Assembly: GCA_044892505.1 (NCBI GenBank) | Contig: CM097882.1 | Span: 397,234,001-397,298,000, forward strand | From: Schmidtea nova | Taxonomy: Eukaryota | Direction: 5' to 3' | DNA length: 64,000 bases | In this document: positions 25,301-40,900 of the stretch, one piece after another | Layout: the number at the start of each line of letters is the position of its first letter | How positions within the stretch are numbered: the stretch's first letter is position 1 | Notes under the pieces: model-generated | What the model saw: the letters and a program-made list of their open reading frames with translations, nothing else | Databases searched by the model: none | What the model was told of the DNA's origin: nothing | Program-made: the position numbers and the translations under genes

Positions 25301-28300
25301 ACATTACGATCTGCATTACATGAACAACACATGTCTTCATCATAACTCACATGATAATTCTCCTGTAAGAATATAATGATAGATATTAAATCTTTTTCTT
25401 GCATGTATATATATATATATATATACATATATATAATTTCCTATGTATGTTTGTTTGTTTGTTTGTGTGTAACGCTGTCTTCACTAACTCATAACCTTCT
25501 CATTTCTTTAAATAGAAAGCTCAAACAAAAAGTGTTTAAAAGATCTTTTCAGAAGCTTTTCAGCGGTATATAATACGTTTTATTTCATTCTCAATTTTGA
25601 TGAATTTGTTTTACATGACAGTTTTTTTTGACATTTTTTTATTATACATCTGTCATTTAAAGTAATAGAAAGCTCAAACAAAAAGTATTATAAGCGTTTT
25701 TTCAAAAGCTATCCAACGATCTATAATACTACCTTCTACTTTAATATAAAATAAAGTTTGGCATATAGCCATTATATGGTAGAAGACTTGATTATATTCT
25801 ACTTTAATAATACCTCATTTATTTCAGTTGAAATTTTCGGCTGAAAAAAATATTCAGCTGAAAAAAATTTATTTCGAAAAATTCTTTCATTTTTGACGGG
25901 TAACACACTAGTATATATATATATATATGTGTGTGTATAATATAATATATATAAAAGCAGGACTCAAATACTCGTGTATAATTTGAATTTTTTGATCTAA
26001 AGCTACATAAAAATGAAAAGAAAACTACTAGAATGGAAAGGATTTTATTAATAACTCTCAAGTGTAGAGCATTCGATTCTTTCAAGAGGAGGTAAATACA
26101 CAGGAAGAAGTAAGAAGTCAATTGGAAAGAATTTTGTATTGGAGTGATCAAAATATTTCATCAAATAAACATTGCGGAGAAAGGCTTAACACGTTCACCT
26201 TATTTTATATATTTTTATTCACTTTATAATCATAAAAACAATATCAGCTTTAAATTCTTGTACTTTCGTTCTCGAGTTTTTACGATTTTTTACGATTTTC
26301 TTGCATAGCAATTTTATTAGCCAAACAAGAGTTTCTTCAAGAAATACAGATCTCACGAAACAAGCATTATAGTTAAATTCTGAATCAAATACTACAAACA
26401 TATTTGAGATTTGATGAAATTTTCTGTATTCGGTTTTATTGAGGGTTAAAAAAGTATCAGTTTGACTTCAACCTTTCATATTTTAAGCTCCAATAGAATC
26501 TCAGGTATCAAACATATTTATAAGACATTTGGGTTGAGGACAATTTGTTTGTCATATTTTCAGCTTTCTGTGTCTCCTGAGTTTTGATATTGTGATATAA
26601 CAAAAATATTTAATATACTTCAAAATGTAACGTTCGTAGATTTATTTTCAACATTGAAGGCACATTTTTCCTTCACACTAGGACTACCCGGGAATTCTTA
26701 TACCCAAAACTACCGACAAGTCAAATAGCCAGACTAGTGATTATGTCTCTTAAAAGGTGTTAGTGCTAATAATAAATAGGAATAGTGTAAGTTATTTTTT
26801 GTAATTTGTCAACAATTTGCTCTGTTTATGCATGAGATTGCCGGAAAAAACATTTCGTGAACTAAAAGCATGTTAAGTGAATAGTGATAATAAAATTTGC
26901 GAATAACTCCCAGAAAAAAACAATACTTACTTCGGTACAATCTGAACAACTTGTTTTGTTTAATATCTGACACGTTTTTTCTCCATTGTCACAAATACAG
27001 GATTTCTTCACACATTTATTGATGGTTTCGAAATAAATCGTCTGTTGGTTCTGTATTGAATATAAAATTTAATTTAACATTTTAAAACTCACGAATTTAA
27101 TACAAATTATTAAAGCAGTATTATAATAATCGTTTTTATTTTTTATTACATAACATACACTAGTTTTGGGTTTTTAACGATTTGAACAGGAATGCAGTTA
27201 TAACCTAACTCGATGTGTCTTTATTCAAAACAACAAAACCAACATAATTAAGAATAAATCTTAATTTGTTTCAATAATTTATATTAAATCAGAATTCAAA
27301 TATTCAGCAATAAGTAGGAAATCAATTAAAAGAATTTCGTATTGGAGTGATCATGATATTTTAAAGATCGAAATATTTTATCAAATAAGTATTGGGAAGA
27401 AGGGCTTAATACTTTCAACTTATTTTTATATTTTAGTAAACTCTGCTAACGACAAAACAATTTATAATTTAAATCTGATCCAGATTAACGCCATCTTCGA
27501 AATAGATATTGAAAAGATTTAAAACAATTAAATTCAAAATGGGATTTATTTTCGAGACATTTATAAATGAGCATTTTATTTTAAAAAAAGGATTTTAATT
27601 TTATATATAATTTTTTTAAATGTTATATTAAAAAATATTTTGATTTTATATATAAGTTTTTAAAAATTCTTTTTAAACGGTCTAATTATTGAAGATTATC
27701 AAAAAAAAAATTAATAAGTCAAATAAATTTTGAAAATTTGGAATTTTAATTTAATCTATCTCGAGAATAAATTTTAATTTGTTTCTATAATTTATATTAA
27801 ATCAGAATTCAATTATTCGGTAAGAAGAAGCAAGTCAATTGGGAAAAATTTCGTATTGGAGTGATCAAGATCGTTTTATCAAGATCGAAATATTTTATCA
27901 AATAAACAAGATTTGTTTTCGACAAAATAACTTTTCAAATATTTACTTGATCAATTTAATATTCGAACTATATAATATTCAATGCGAGAGCACTTGAAAT
28001 TTTAATAAGCAATATATGATACAAATCCTCAGCGCTATTTAAAAGTCACTGTAAACATTTTATTTTCAACCAATATGAAAAATGTAATTAAACTCATTTT
28101 TTTACATATAAGCAGTAGTCGTAATATCATCTGCTTTTTGAGGGCAACATCTGTAATTCTCCAAAACTATGCCAAAGTCGTAATAAGGTTACAGTCTGAT
28201 AGGACATTATAAGAATAGACGTAGGAATAGGTAGATGTACAGACAAGCATATTACCATTTTCTGTTAAACGTAATGAATTCAGGAATTGACGGAGAATTA

Positions 28301-28833
28301 TTAACTGTCTAAAAGAAACTTTTGCATGCTTATAAGCAATACTATACCAAATATTATGTCAGATTGGAATTAACGATCTGTTTCATGATATCGAAAATCT
28401 ATTCAATTGGTTAAAAATGCATGAGACTAAATACAGCTCTGTTTATAATGTTGACATGCCTGAGTTAGGAGGAATGTCGATCGAATAAGAATGAAAGAAC
28501 TATTTATTCTTAGCAAAGCTCTAATATTTTTAGAAATATTGTCTCGGAATTAGCTAAAATACGTGATTGTAATTACTCAATTTGGCTGCAATCACGAAAC
28601 AAAACGAAGGAACAATTGAATGGCTAAAGATTATAAATATTTTTTTAAAAGGAAGTTATTTAAATTATTTAGCTATTTTTATTTGTTTAAATTTTACTTT
28701 TTGATATTTTTTATTGAAATTTAATTTATGGAATTGACGTCATTTAAAGAATATTTTGGTTAAACATGAATAATCAAATAAAGTTTTCTTACATAATTGT
28801 GTATTTTGAAATTTTGAAGAAATAAAATAAGTG

Positions 28834-28924
<91 letters not shown>

Positions 28925-31900
28925 CTTAAATTTAAAATTGAATAAATCCCTTTTAGACTTCTACATTTAATATTATTGTTATAAAAGTTACTATATATAA
29001 AAAAAGAATAGTAACAGACCCCTTGCCAATCATTCTCACCCGTCATTTTTGTATTGCCTATCTCCCTACAGTATTCCTTGAACATAACGCCAGGCATAAT
29101 ATACTGTAAAGTTTTTTTTCTCAGTTTTGAAAACTGGATTTTTTATAATAGAATGCTTAGAAATTTTATTTAAATATGAATATAAAAAAACCTGACGTTC
29201 AAATAAATATAATTTGAAATTATTCTTTTAATTTTAAAGCTAAACATTTGTCATTTCTTGCTAATATGATTGATCTACCTCATAAGTGAAGGATTCGACC
29301 TGAACACAAATTGAGTCTATTTCTACTGCTGTCATGCACCATTTTTCCTTTACGTGCAATTGCATAAATTCAGGTATACGAAGAACAATTTTACCATGAG
29401 TTATAAGTTCTTCATCCCTCTTATCTAAAATGTTGGCTGTATCTTCCGTAATTTTTATAAATGAAATTATTTGTGGTACATGCTTGGTCATAAATATCGA
29501 AACAAAGCTTTCTTTCTCTTTTATTTCACATCCCGCGGCAAAAAACCAATCATCGCCTTCTTCATTTTCTAAAAAATTGAAATTCTCAGCAATTATTTCG
29601 CGATTTTCTTTATCCCAATCATCATAGGTAAAGTCAGATTGTAAAAGTCTTTGTAAAATAGAATGAAGTCCATCAATGTTAAAATCTGCTTTAGGGGCAA
29701 TTCCACAAAATTTAAATGCATTTGCAACAAGATTCAAATCCCTCAATACTATATAATACAACTCTGCAACTGTTAACAGTTTTCTGGTTTGGAATTTACA
29801 AACGTACCCATGAATTGTGTGTTTTTTTTAAAACTTCATATATAAATTTTGATACAATAAATTTTTCGCAATACAATGTCTAAGCGTTATTCGAATAAAG
29901 TGCCTAGGAGTCGTACCACTCACACAGAATGCCCAATTTCGGGAGAAGATTGCAGTGTAAAATATAATTGTATGCATTTACCTATGTCAAATATTGAAAA
30001 AGATCATAAAGGAAGGATTATCCCACCTTAATTTCATAATATAAAAAAGGAACATATTCCGGACCTGGAACATAGAATAATTTTTAAAGTTTGGAGACCA
30101 AAGTTGAACCAGATTATATTTTTATACCGGCTTCATCGCCTGATTATTAGTATTAAAAAAAACTTTCAAAATATAAATATATTGTTCATACAAAATAATT
30201 ATGTTTTTTGCACTCTTATTTATCATGGTCGCTTTAAAAAATTAATTTTAAAAATATTATGAAATATAACTTTGTTGCCCACTACAGGAATCGCGGTTAA
30301 TCCGCTCCAGACTACCGCGATAAGTGAATTTCCGCGAAATAAGATTTTTGTTAATAACTTGGATATTTTTGTAGTGAGAGCATAGAAATAAAGCCCACTA
30401 GTCACCATTATAATAGCATGTATTACCCATGTAGCATGTGTGTACGCGCATTACTCTCACGAGCACTGTGTTGATTATGTACTGTGATTGAAATATATAA
30501 TTAAAAAATCACGATATAGCATGAAATTCGAAGCGCGAAGTGGCGAGAGATTACTGTATTCATGTATGAATGTAATTAATATTTTATTTCAAATATATAT
30601 TTCAGAGTAGCATTTTATTGGCTATAGTTGAATTAGAAGCATTTGTTACCATATTGCTAAATGAAGTACAGGCTTATTTTCAAGAGCAAGATCAAGAAAC
30701 CCATAAGAAACCTCAGTCCAACGCAACACATTAATGACAATTTATTATATTTTAAATAATTTAATAAGGACTTCATCTTTTTCATATCATAAAAAATCAT
30801 AAAAAGTAATGATTTGCATACCCAATATTTTTTACCATCAACGATGCATGAAGAGGCTTTGAAACAGCCGAAAATTTTCATGGAAAAATAAGCCTCACTT
30901 TCACCAATACTGAATTCTAACAAACTGATAGATAAGGAGGATATATTTTTGTTGATATCTAGAAAGACTTTTCCATTATTATTTGAAGATAATCTTGAAC
31001 TGTGAGTTATAAATTGAGAATCAACATAGATCACATGAACAGATTTTATATATTCTCCAATAAAAATCTGAAATTAAAAAAGTAAAAAATTTTAAAATAT
31101 TAAAAAATAAATTTCAAACTTGGGAAATATAAGGGAGAGATGAATTTCCATCAAATGTAAATTTCATAGAAAATTCTTTTTGATTTACAATGACGACAGA
31201 TCCAGAACGTAGAGCAGATATTAAATCAGAACGGTTGACTCCAGTTACAAAAGATAAAATTTGATCTGTAACTAGAATATCAGTATATTGAAGTGTCTCC
31301 ACAATTACGCAGGGAGCTAAAAAAATAGACTAAATTTATATAAGTTTAAAAAAGTAAAACAAACCAGGAGTAGATGCACTAGTTGATAATGTAGTGGACA
31401 TCAATGAACTGGCAGACGAAGAACTAAGGGGCGAAGTTGTTGTTTCAGAAGAAATCACAGTCGAAGATTCAAAGGAAAATGTAGATGACAGACTGGGAGT
31501 TGCAGAAGTTGTTGTAGTTGTAAGGGTAGTTGTTTCAAGTTCAGCACATCCTTCAATTGAAACTTTCAAAGAAACCCTTTCTCTTTTAATCTGTTCAAAG
31601 ACATTAACAATAAGCACAGTGACGTTTTCTTTATATTTATTAATTTCAACAAATGTATTTGAAGGTGGAACGAGTACATCAGTGATTAATGTTTCATATA
31701 GGTCGCTTTTATCAGATTTATAATAAAAACTAAATTAATATTAAGCCATAAAAAATAATTTCAAAATAAAGCAAATATTACTTGAATGACTTTAAATTAA
31801 TAATATTTTCAATTTTTATCTTAGAAATTGTAACAGGTCTACGGAAAAAAATATGAAATTTAGGATTATAAGAAATAATGGTGCCATTCCAGGAATCTTC

Positions 31901-34900
31901 GATCAAACTGAATCCAGATGTTCCATTTATTGGTATACGAACTTCATTCACAAATTCTTTGGTCGAAATCAATACAGACTTTTCTTGACAACCTAAAATA
32001 AGACAGTATTAAGAAACAAATCGAAAAATCATGAAAGGATCTCATTAAAGGACTGCTTCCAAAAATGGAAGTTTCAACGAAATATAGTGTCTTAAAACCG
32101 CGGAGGTAAAGAATTTAAAATACAAAGAAGAGAACAAAACAAATAGATGAAATTAATGAATTTCAAAAACAAAACAGATTCACCTCAGATACTTTGTATT
32201 ATTAAATTTATATAAATAAAGCAAATCATTAAAACAAATGACAATTAAGATATGGCAATAAAAAAATTTTAAAACAAATTATTTAAATAAATTACGAAAA
32301 GATAAAACTCGATAAATATTTCTGTAACATTAAAAAGATTCGAAATATATTTATTCGAGGTATTGTTGATAAAAAACTGAGGTTAAAATTTAGTAAAATA
32401 ATCATATAATTTGAAAATAAACAATGATAAAAATATAAAAAAATAAATAAAAAAAATTTGAGATATTTCTTAAAAATAAAATAATTCAGGATTGCAAAAT
32501 ATACTGGGTAAGTCATGAATGTGAACACAATTATAAAAAGGCAATTTTCTATCTTATATTAAATTTTACATTTTGTTAGGTATAATGTATATTATAAAAC
32601 GTGATCCATATATTCCTTTTATTGGTACAAATATTTCTTTCACATACTCTTTTGTTGAAATCAAAACAGGCTTTTCCTTGCAACCTGAAATGAGTGAAGG
32701 TTGTGAATTATATTTGCTCAATCGTGAATGTGTAAACAATTACCTTAAGGTTAATTTTTTAATTTAATTTAATTTAACTTATAATTTTTGTATGATTATA
32801 TTTAATTACCATGAACACTTTCATTTGACCTACAGAAAATATAATTTTTGTTCAAAATTGTCAATATTATTTAAGACAAAATGAAAGGAATTTGGAAATC
32901 CTATAAAAATAATTTTTAATTTTTGAGTTTTTTTATATGTGGAAAATCCAAATGTTATAAATTCTCTTAATTCCGACATGAATTGTGCTCGATAGAAGAT
33001 GAATTGTAAAACCGTGAGTCACCGAATTGAGATTTATCAGAAAACATTTGAAATGTAAGCTGATCAGATTATAAAATCAATTATCGAACCATCCTTTCTA
33101 TATTTAACTGTCTTTGTTTAAAGTTCATCATGAAGCGTCAAATTATCTTCAAAAGTAGTCTAATGATAGTTTAGTTGATAATAATCAGAAAATGGCATCT
33201 CGATTGAAGAAATTGGTTAAAATATATCTACTGAAAATGGATATGATTGATAATTTGAAAAAGAAATTCGAAAATAAATTATATGTGGTTATTGGTATTT
33301 AACTAGATTACAGGAATAAAATACTGGATCTTTCTAAAAATAAGAAGCATCATCCAGTTTAAGTATTCAAAATGAAAATATACTCTAGAAGGTAATATTT
33401 TGTCCCAGTGTTTTGAAATTTTGTATGAAATAATTTTCGTTGAAAACAAGCTTACATTATTTTTCACTTGACAAAAAGTTTTTACTAATGACAAATAATT
33501 ATAATTGATACAAACATTTTAAAAGAAAGTTAATAGAGCAATACAAAAAAATCTAAATTTTGTTGATTTTTAAAAATATTAAATTTTACCTGGTATCCTG
33601 GGGGTCGTAGTTCCAGATGTTGTAGATATAGTTGATGTACTTCCAGTGGTAGTAGTTTCTGACGTTGTACTTGAACCAGTAGTTGTTACAGTAGGAGTTT
33701 CAGTTGATGTGGTAGATCCTGTAGTTGTTGCAGTAGGTGTTAAAGTTGAAGTTCCTGTGGTAGTGGATCCAGTTGTTGTAGTTCCAGTTGTTGTAGTTCC
33801 AGTTGTTGTTGTTCCAGTTGTCGTTGATTCAGTCGGAAGTGTAGTAATTACAGTTGTTGTTTCTTTTTCTCCGCAACCTTCGATTGTTACTTTCAATGTC
33901 ACTTTCTCTTTGGGCGATGACAAAGTAATTGTAATTTTTATAGCTACTACTTTCTCGACAACCCTCTCAATTTCCTCGTATTCCTTTATGTATGTGACAG
34001 TGAGACCGGTTTCTAATGGTTTGTATTCTTTTTCGTTCTCATAAAGTACAAGCACACTGAAAATTATATTTTCCATAATTTTCGATATTCAATATCTTGA
34101 GAAAAATCTTACTTGAATGTTTGGATATTGACTATATTTTCAAATTTGATCTTCGTAACGATGACTGGTTTGTAGAATTTTATTTCAAATTTCGGTTCTG
34201 TTTTAATTACAGTTGCATTCCAGGTGTCAGTTATGAGACTTGTTTCAGATGTTCCTTTTTCTGGTACAACAATTTCTTTCACATACTCTTTTGTTGAAAT
34301 CAAAACAGGCTTTTCTTTGCAACCTGAAATGAGTGAAGGTTGTGAAATATATTTGCTCAATCGTGAATGTGTAAACAATTACCTTAAGGTTAATTTTTTA
34401 ATTTAATTTAATTTAATTTAACTTATAATTTTTGTATGATTATATTTAATTACCATGAACACTTTCATTTGACCTACAGAAAATATAATTTTTGTTCAAA
34501 ATTGTCAATATTATTTAAGACAAAATGAAAGGAATTTGGAAATCCTATAAAAATAATTTTTAATTTTTGAGTTTTTTATATGTGGAAAATCCAAATGTTA
34601 TAAATTCTCTTAATTCCGACATGAATTGTGCTCGATAAAAGATTAATTGTAAAACCGTGAGTCACCGAATTGAGATTTATCAGAAAACATTTGAAATGTA
34701 AGCTGATCAGATTATAAAATCAATTATCGAACCATCCTTTCTATATTTAACTGTCTTTGTTTAAAGTTCATCATGAAGCGTCAAATTATCTTCAAAAGTA
34801 GTCTAATGATAGTTTAGTTGATAATAATCAGAAAATGGCATCTCGATTGAAGAAATTGGTTAAAATATATCTACTGAAAATGGATATGATTGATAATTTG

Positions 34901-37900
34901 AAAAAGAAATTCGAAAATAAATTATATGTGGTTATTGGTATTTAACTAGATTACAGGAATAAAATACTGGATCTTTCTAAAAATAAGAAGCATCACCCAG
35001 TTTAAGTATTCAAAATGAAAATATACTCTAGAAGGTAATATTTTGTCCCAGTGTTTTGAAATTTTGTATGAAATAATTTTCGTTGAAAACAAGCTTACAT
35101 TATTTTTCACTTGACAAAAAGTTTTTACTAATGACAAATAATTATAATTGATACAAACATTTTAAAAGAAAGTTAATAGAGCAATACAAAAAAATCTAAA
35201 TTTGTTGTTTTTGGAAAAAATTAAATTTTACCTGGTATTCTGGGGGTCGTAGTTCCAGATGTTGTAGATATAGTTGATGTACTTCCAGTGGTAGTTGTTA
35301 CAGTAGGAGTTTGTGTTGTAGTAGATCCTGTCGTTGATCCAGTCGATGTACTTCCAGAGGTAGTTGTTTCTGACGTTGTACTTGAACCAGTAGTTGTTAC
35401 AGTAGGAGTTTCAGTTGATGTGGTAGATCCTGTAGTTGTTGCAGTAGGTGTTAAAGTTGAAGTTCCTGTGGTAGTGGATCCAGTTGTTGTAGTTCCAGTT
35501 GTTGTAGTTCCAGTTGTTGTAGTTCCAGTTGTTGTTGTTCCAGTTGTCGTTGATTCAGTCGGAAGTGTAGTAATTACAGTTGTTGTTTCTTTTTCTCCGC
35601 AACCTTCGATTGTTACTTTCAATGTCACTTTCTCTTTGGGCGATGACAAAGTAATTGTAATTTTTATAGCTACTACTTTCTCGACAACCCTCTCAATTTC
35701 CTCGTATTCCTTTATGTATGTGACAGTGAGACCGGTTTCTAATGGTTTGTATTCTTTTTCGTTCTCATAAAGTACAAGCACACTGAAAATTATATTTTCC
35801 ATAATTTTCGATATTCAATATCTTGAGAAAAATCTTACTTGAATGTTTGGATATTGACTATATTTTCAAATTTGATCTTCGTAACGATGACTGGTTTGTA
35901 GAATTTTATTTCAAATTTCGGTTCTGTTTTAATTACAGTTGCATTCCAGGTGTCAGTTATGAGACTTGTTTCAGATGTTCCTTTTTCTGGTACAACAATT
36001 TCTTTCACATACTCTTTTGTTGAAATCAAAACAGGCTTTTCTTTGCAACCTGAAATGAGTGAAGGTTGTGAATTATATTTGCTCAATCGTGAATGTGTAA
36101 ACAATTACCTTAAGGTTAATTTTTTAATTTAATTTAATTTAATTTAACTTATAATTTTTGTATGATTATATTTAATTACCATGAACACTTTCATTTGACC
36201 TACAGAAAATATAATTTTTGTTCAAAATTGTCAATATTATTTAAGACAAAATGAAAGGAATTTGGAAATCCTATAAAAATAATTTTTAATTTTTGAGTTT
36301 TTTATATGTGGAAAATCCAAATGTTATAAATTCTCTTAATTCCGACATGAATTGTGCTCGATAAAAGATTAATTGTAAAACCGTGAGTCACCGAATTGAG
36401 ATTTATCAGAAAACATTTGAAATGTAAGCTGATCAGATTATAAAATCAATTATCGAACCATCCTTTCTATATTTAACTGTCTTTGTTTAAAGTTCATCAT
36501 GAAGCGTCAAATTATCTTCAAAAGTAGTCTAATGATAGTTTAGTTCATAATAATCAGAAAATGGCATCTCGATTGAAGAAATTGGTTAAAATATATCTAC
36601 TGAAAATGGATATGATTGATAATTTGAAAAAGAAATTCGAAAATAAATTATATGTGGTTATTGGTATTTAACTAGATTACGGGAATAAAATACTGGATCT
36701 TTCTAAAAATAAGAAGCATCACCCAGTTTAAGTATTCAAAATGAAAATATACTCTAGAAGGTAATATTTTGTCCCAGTGTTTTGAAATTTTGTATGAAAT
36801 AATTTTCGTTGAAAACAAGCTTACATTATTTTTCACTTGACAAAAAGTTTTTACTAATGACAAATAATTATAATTGATACAAACATTTTAAAAGAAAGTT
36901 AATAGAGCAATACAAAAAAATCTAAATTTGTTGTTTTTGGAAAAAATTAAATTTTACCTGGTATTCTGGGGGTCGTAGTTCCAGATGTTGTAGATATAGT
37001 TGATGTACTTCCAGTGGTAGTTGTTACAGTAGGAGTTTGTGTTGTAGTAGATCCTGTCGTTGATCCAGTAGATGTACTTCCAGAGGTAGTTGTTTCTGAC
37101 GTTGTACTTGAACCAGTAGTTGTTACAGTAGGAGTTTCAGTTGATGTGGTAGATCCTGTAGTTGTTGCAGTAGGTGTTAAAGTTGAAGTTCCTGTGGTAG
37201 TGGATCCAGTTGTTGTAGTTCCAGTTGTTGTAGTTCCAGTTGTTGTAGTTCCAGTTGTTGTTGTTCCAGTTGTCGTTGATTCAGTCGGAAGTGTAGTAAT
37301 TACAGTTGTTGTTTCTTTTTCTCCGCAACCTTCGATTGTTACTTTCAATGTCACTTTCTCTTTGGGCGATGACAAAGTAATTGTAATTTTTATAGCTACT
37401 ACTTTCTCGACAACCCTCTCAATTTCCTCGTATTCCTTTATGTATGTGACAGTGAGACCGGTTTCTAATGGTTTGTATTCTTTTTCGTTCTCATAAAGTA
37501 CAAGCACACTGAAAATTATATTTTCCATAATTTTCGATATTCAATATCTTGAGAAAAATCTTACTTGAATGTTTGGATATTGACTATATTTTCAAATTTG
37601 ATCTTCGTAACGATGACTGGTTTGTAGAATTTTATTTCAAATTTCGGTTCTGTTTTAATTACAGTTGCATTCCAGGTGTCAGTTATGAGACTTGTTTCAG
37701 ATGTTCCTTTTTCTGGTACAACAATTTCTTTCACATACTCTTTTGTTGAAATCAAAACAGGCTTTTCTTTGCAACCTGAAATGAGTGAAGGTTGTGAATT
37801 ATATTTGCTCAATCGTGAATGTGTAAACAATTACCTTAAGGTTAATTTTTTAATTTAATTTAATTTAATTTAACTTATAATTTTTGTATGATTATATTTA

Positions 37901-40900
37901 ATTACCATGAACACTTTCATTTGACCTACAGAAAATATAATTTTTGTTCAAAATTGTCAATATTATTTAAGACAAAATGAAAGGAATTTGGAAATCCTAT
38001 AAAAATAATTTTTAATTTTTGAGTTTTTTATATGTGGAAAATCCAAATGTTATAAATTCTCTTAATTCCGACATGAATTGTGCTCGATAAAAGATTAATT
38101 GTAAAACCGTGAGTCACCGAATTGAGATTTATCAGAAAACATTTGAAATGTAAGCTGATCAGATTATAAAATCAATTATCGAACCATCCTTTCTATATTT
38201 AACTGTCTTTGTTTAAAGTTCATCATGAAGCGTCAAATTATCTTCAAAAGTAGTCTAATGATAGTTTAGTTGATAATAATCAGAAAATGGCATCTCGATT
38301 GAAGAAATTGGTTAAAATATATCTACTGAAAATGGATATGATTGATAATTTGAAAAAGAAATTCGAAAATAAATTATATGTGGTTATTGGTATTTAACTA
38401 GATTACAGGAATAAAATACTGGATCTTTCTAAAAATAAGAAGCATCACCCAGTTTAAGTATTCAAAATGAAAATATACTCTAGAATGTAATATTTTGTCC
38501 CAGTGTTTTGAAATTTTGTATGAAATAATTTTCGTTGAAAACAAGCTTACATTATTTTTCACTTGACAAAAAGTTTTTACTAATGACAAATAATTATAAT
38601 TGATACAAACATTTTAAAAGAAAGTTAATAGAGCAATACAAAAAAATCTAAATTTGTTGTTTTTGGAAAAAATTAAATTTTACCTGGTATTCTGGGGGTC
38701 GTAGTTCCAGATGTTGTAGATATAGTTGATGTACTTCCAGTGGTAGTTGTTACAGTAGGAGTTTGTGTTGTAGTAGATCCTGTCGTTGATCCAGTCGATG
38801 TACTTCCAGAGGTAGTTGTTTCTGACGTTGTACTTGAACCAGTAGTTGTTACAGTAGGAGTTTCAGTTGATGTGGTAGATCCTGTAGTTGTTGCAGTAGG
38901 TGTTAAAGTTGAAGTTCCTGTGGTAGTGGATCCAGTTGTTGTAGTTCCAGTTGTTGTAGTTCCAGTTGTTGTAGTTCCAGTTGTTGTTGTTCCAGTTGTC
39001 GTTGATTCAGTCGGAAGTGTAGTAATTACAGTTGTTGTTTCTTTTTCTCCGCAACCTTCGATTGTTACTTTCAATGTCACTTTCTCTTTGGGCGATGACA
39101 AAGTAATTGTAATTTTTATAGCTACTACTTTCTCGACAACCCTCTCAATTTCCTCGTATTCCTTTATGTATGTGACAGTGAGACCGGTTTCTAATGGTTT
39201 GTATTCTTTTTCGTTCTCATAAAGTACAAGCACACTGAAAATTATATTTTCCATAATTTTCGATATTCAATATCTTGAGAAAAATCTTACTTGAATGTTT
39301 GGATATTGACTATATTTTCAAATTTGATCTTCGTAACGATGACTGGTTTGTAGAATTTTATTTCAAATTTCGGTTCTGTTTTAATTACAGTTGCATTCCA
39401 GGTGTCAGTTATGAGACTTGTTTCAGATGTTCCTTTTTCTGGTACAACAATTTCTTTCACATACTCTTTTGTTGAAATCAAAACAGGCTTTTCTTTGCAA
39501 CCTGAAATGAGTGAAGGTTGTGAATTATATTTGCTCAATCGTGAATGTGTAAACAATTACCTTAAGGTTAATTTTTTAATTTAATTTAATTTAATTTAAC
39601 TTATAATTTTTGTATGATTATATTTAATTACCATGAACACTTTCATTTGACCTACAGAAAATATAATTTTTGTTCAAAATTGTCAATATTATTTAAGACA
39701 AAATGAAAGGAATTTGGAAATCCTATAAAAATAATTTTTAATTTTTGAGTTTTTTATATGTGGAAAATCCAAATGTTATAAATTCTCTTAATTCCGACAT
39801 GAATTGTGCTCGATAAAAGATTAATTGTAAAACCGTGAGTCACCGAATTGAGATTTATCAGAAAACATTTGAAATGTAAGCTGATCAGATTATAAAATCA
39901 ATTATCGAACCATCCTTTCTATATTTAACTGTCTTTGTTTAAAGTTCATCATGAAGCGTCAAATTATCTTCAAAAGTAGTCTAATGATAGTTTAGTTGAT
40001 AATAATCAGAAAATGGCATCTCGATTGAAGAAATTGGTTAAAATATATCTACTGAAAATGGATATGATTGATAATTTGAAAAAGAAATTCGAAAATAAAT
40101 TATATGTGGTTATTGGTATTTAACTAGATTACAGGAATAAAATACTGGATCTTTCTAAAAATAAGAAGCATCACCCAGTTTAAGTATTCAAAATGAAAAT
40201 ATACTCTAGAAGGTAATATTTTGTCCCAGTGTTTTGAAATTTTGTATGAAATAATTTTCGTTGAAAACAAGCTTACATTATTTTTCACTTGACAAAAAGT
40301 TTTTACTAATGACAAATAATTATAATTGATACAAACATTTTAAAAGAAAGTTAATAGAGCAATACAAAAAAATCTAAATTTGTTGTTTTTGGAAAAAATT
40401 AAATTTTACCTGGTATTCTGGGGGTCGTAGTTCCAGATGTTGTAGATATAGTTGATGTACTTCCAGTGGTAGTTGTTACAGTAGGAGTTTGTGTTGTAGT
40501 AGATCCTGTCGTTGATCCAGTCGATGTACTTCCAGAGGTAGTTGTTTCTGACGTTGTACTTGAACCAGTAGTTGTTACAGTAGGAGTTTCAGTTGATGTG
40601 GTAGATCCTGTAGTTGTTGCAGTAGGTGTTAAAGTTGAAGTTCCTGTGGTAGTGGATCCAGTTGTTGTAGTTCCAGTTGTTGTAGTTCCAGTTGTTGTAG
40701 TTCCAGTTGTTGTTGTTCCAGTTGTCGTTGATTCAGTCGGAAGTGTAGTAATTACAGTTGTTGTTTCTTTTTCTCCGCAACCTTCGATTGTTACTTTCAA
40801 TGTCACTTTCTCTTTGGGCGATGACAAAGTAATTGTAATTTTTATAGCTACTACTTTCTCGACAACCCTCTCAATTTCCTCGTATTCCTTTATGTATGTG

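Noticed and set aside
28260-28490. LCQIGINDL as an SGNH/LINE ORF1 relic
   Set aside because: A single short motif amid stops; insufficient support.
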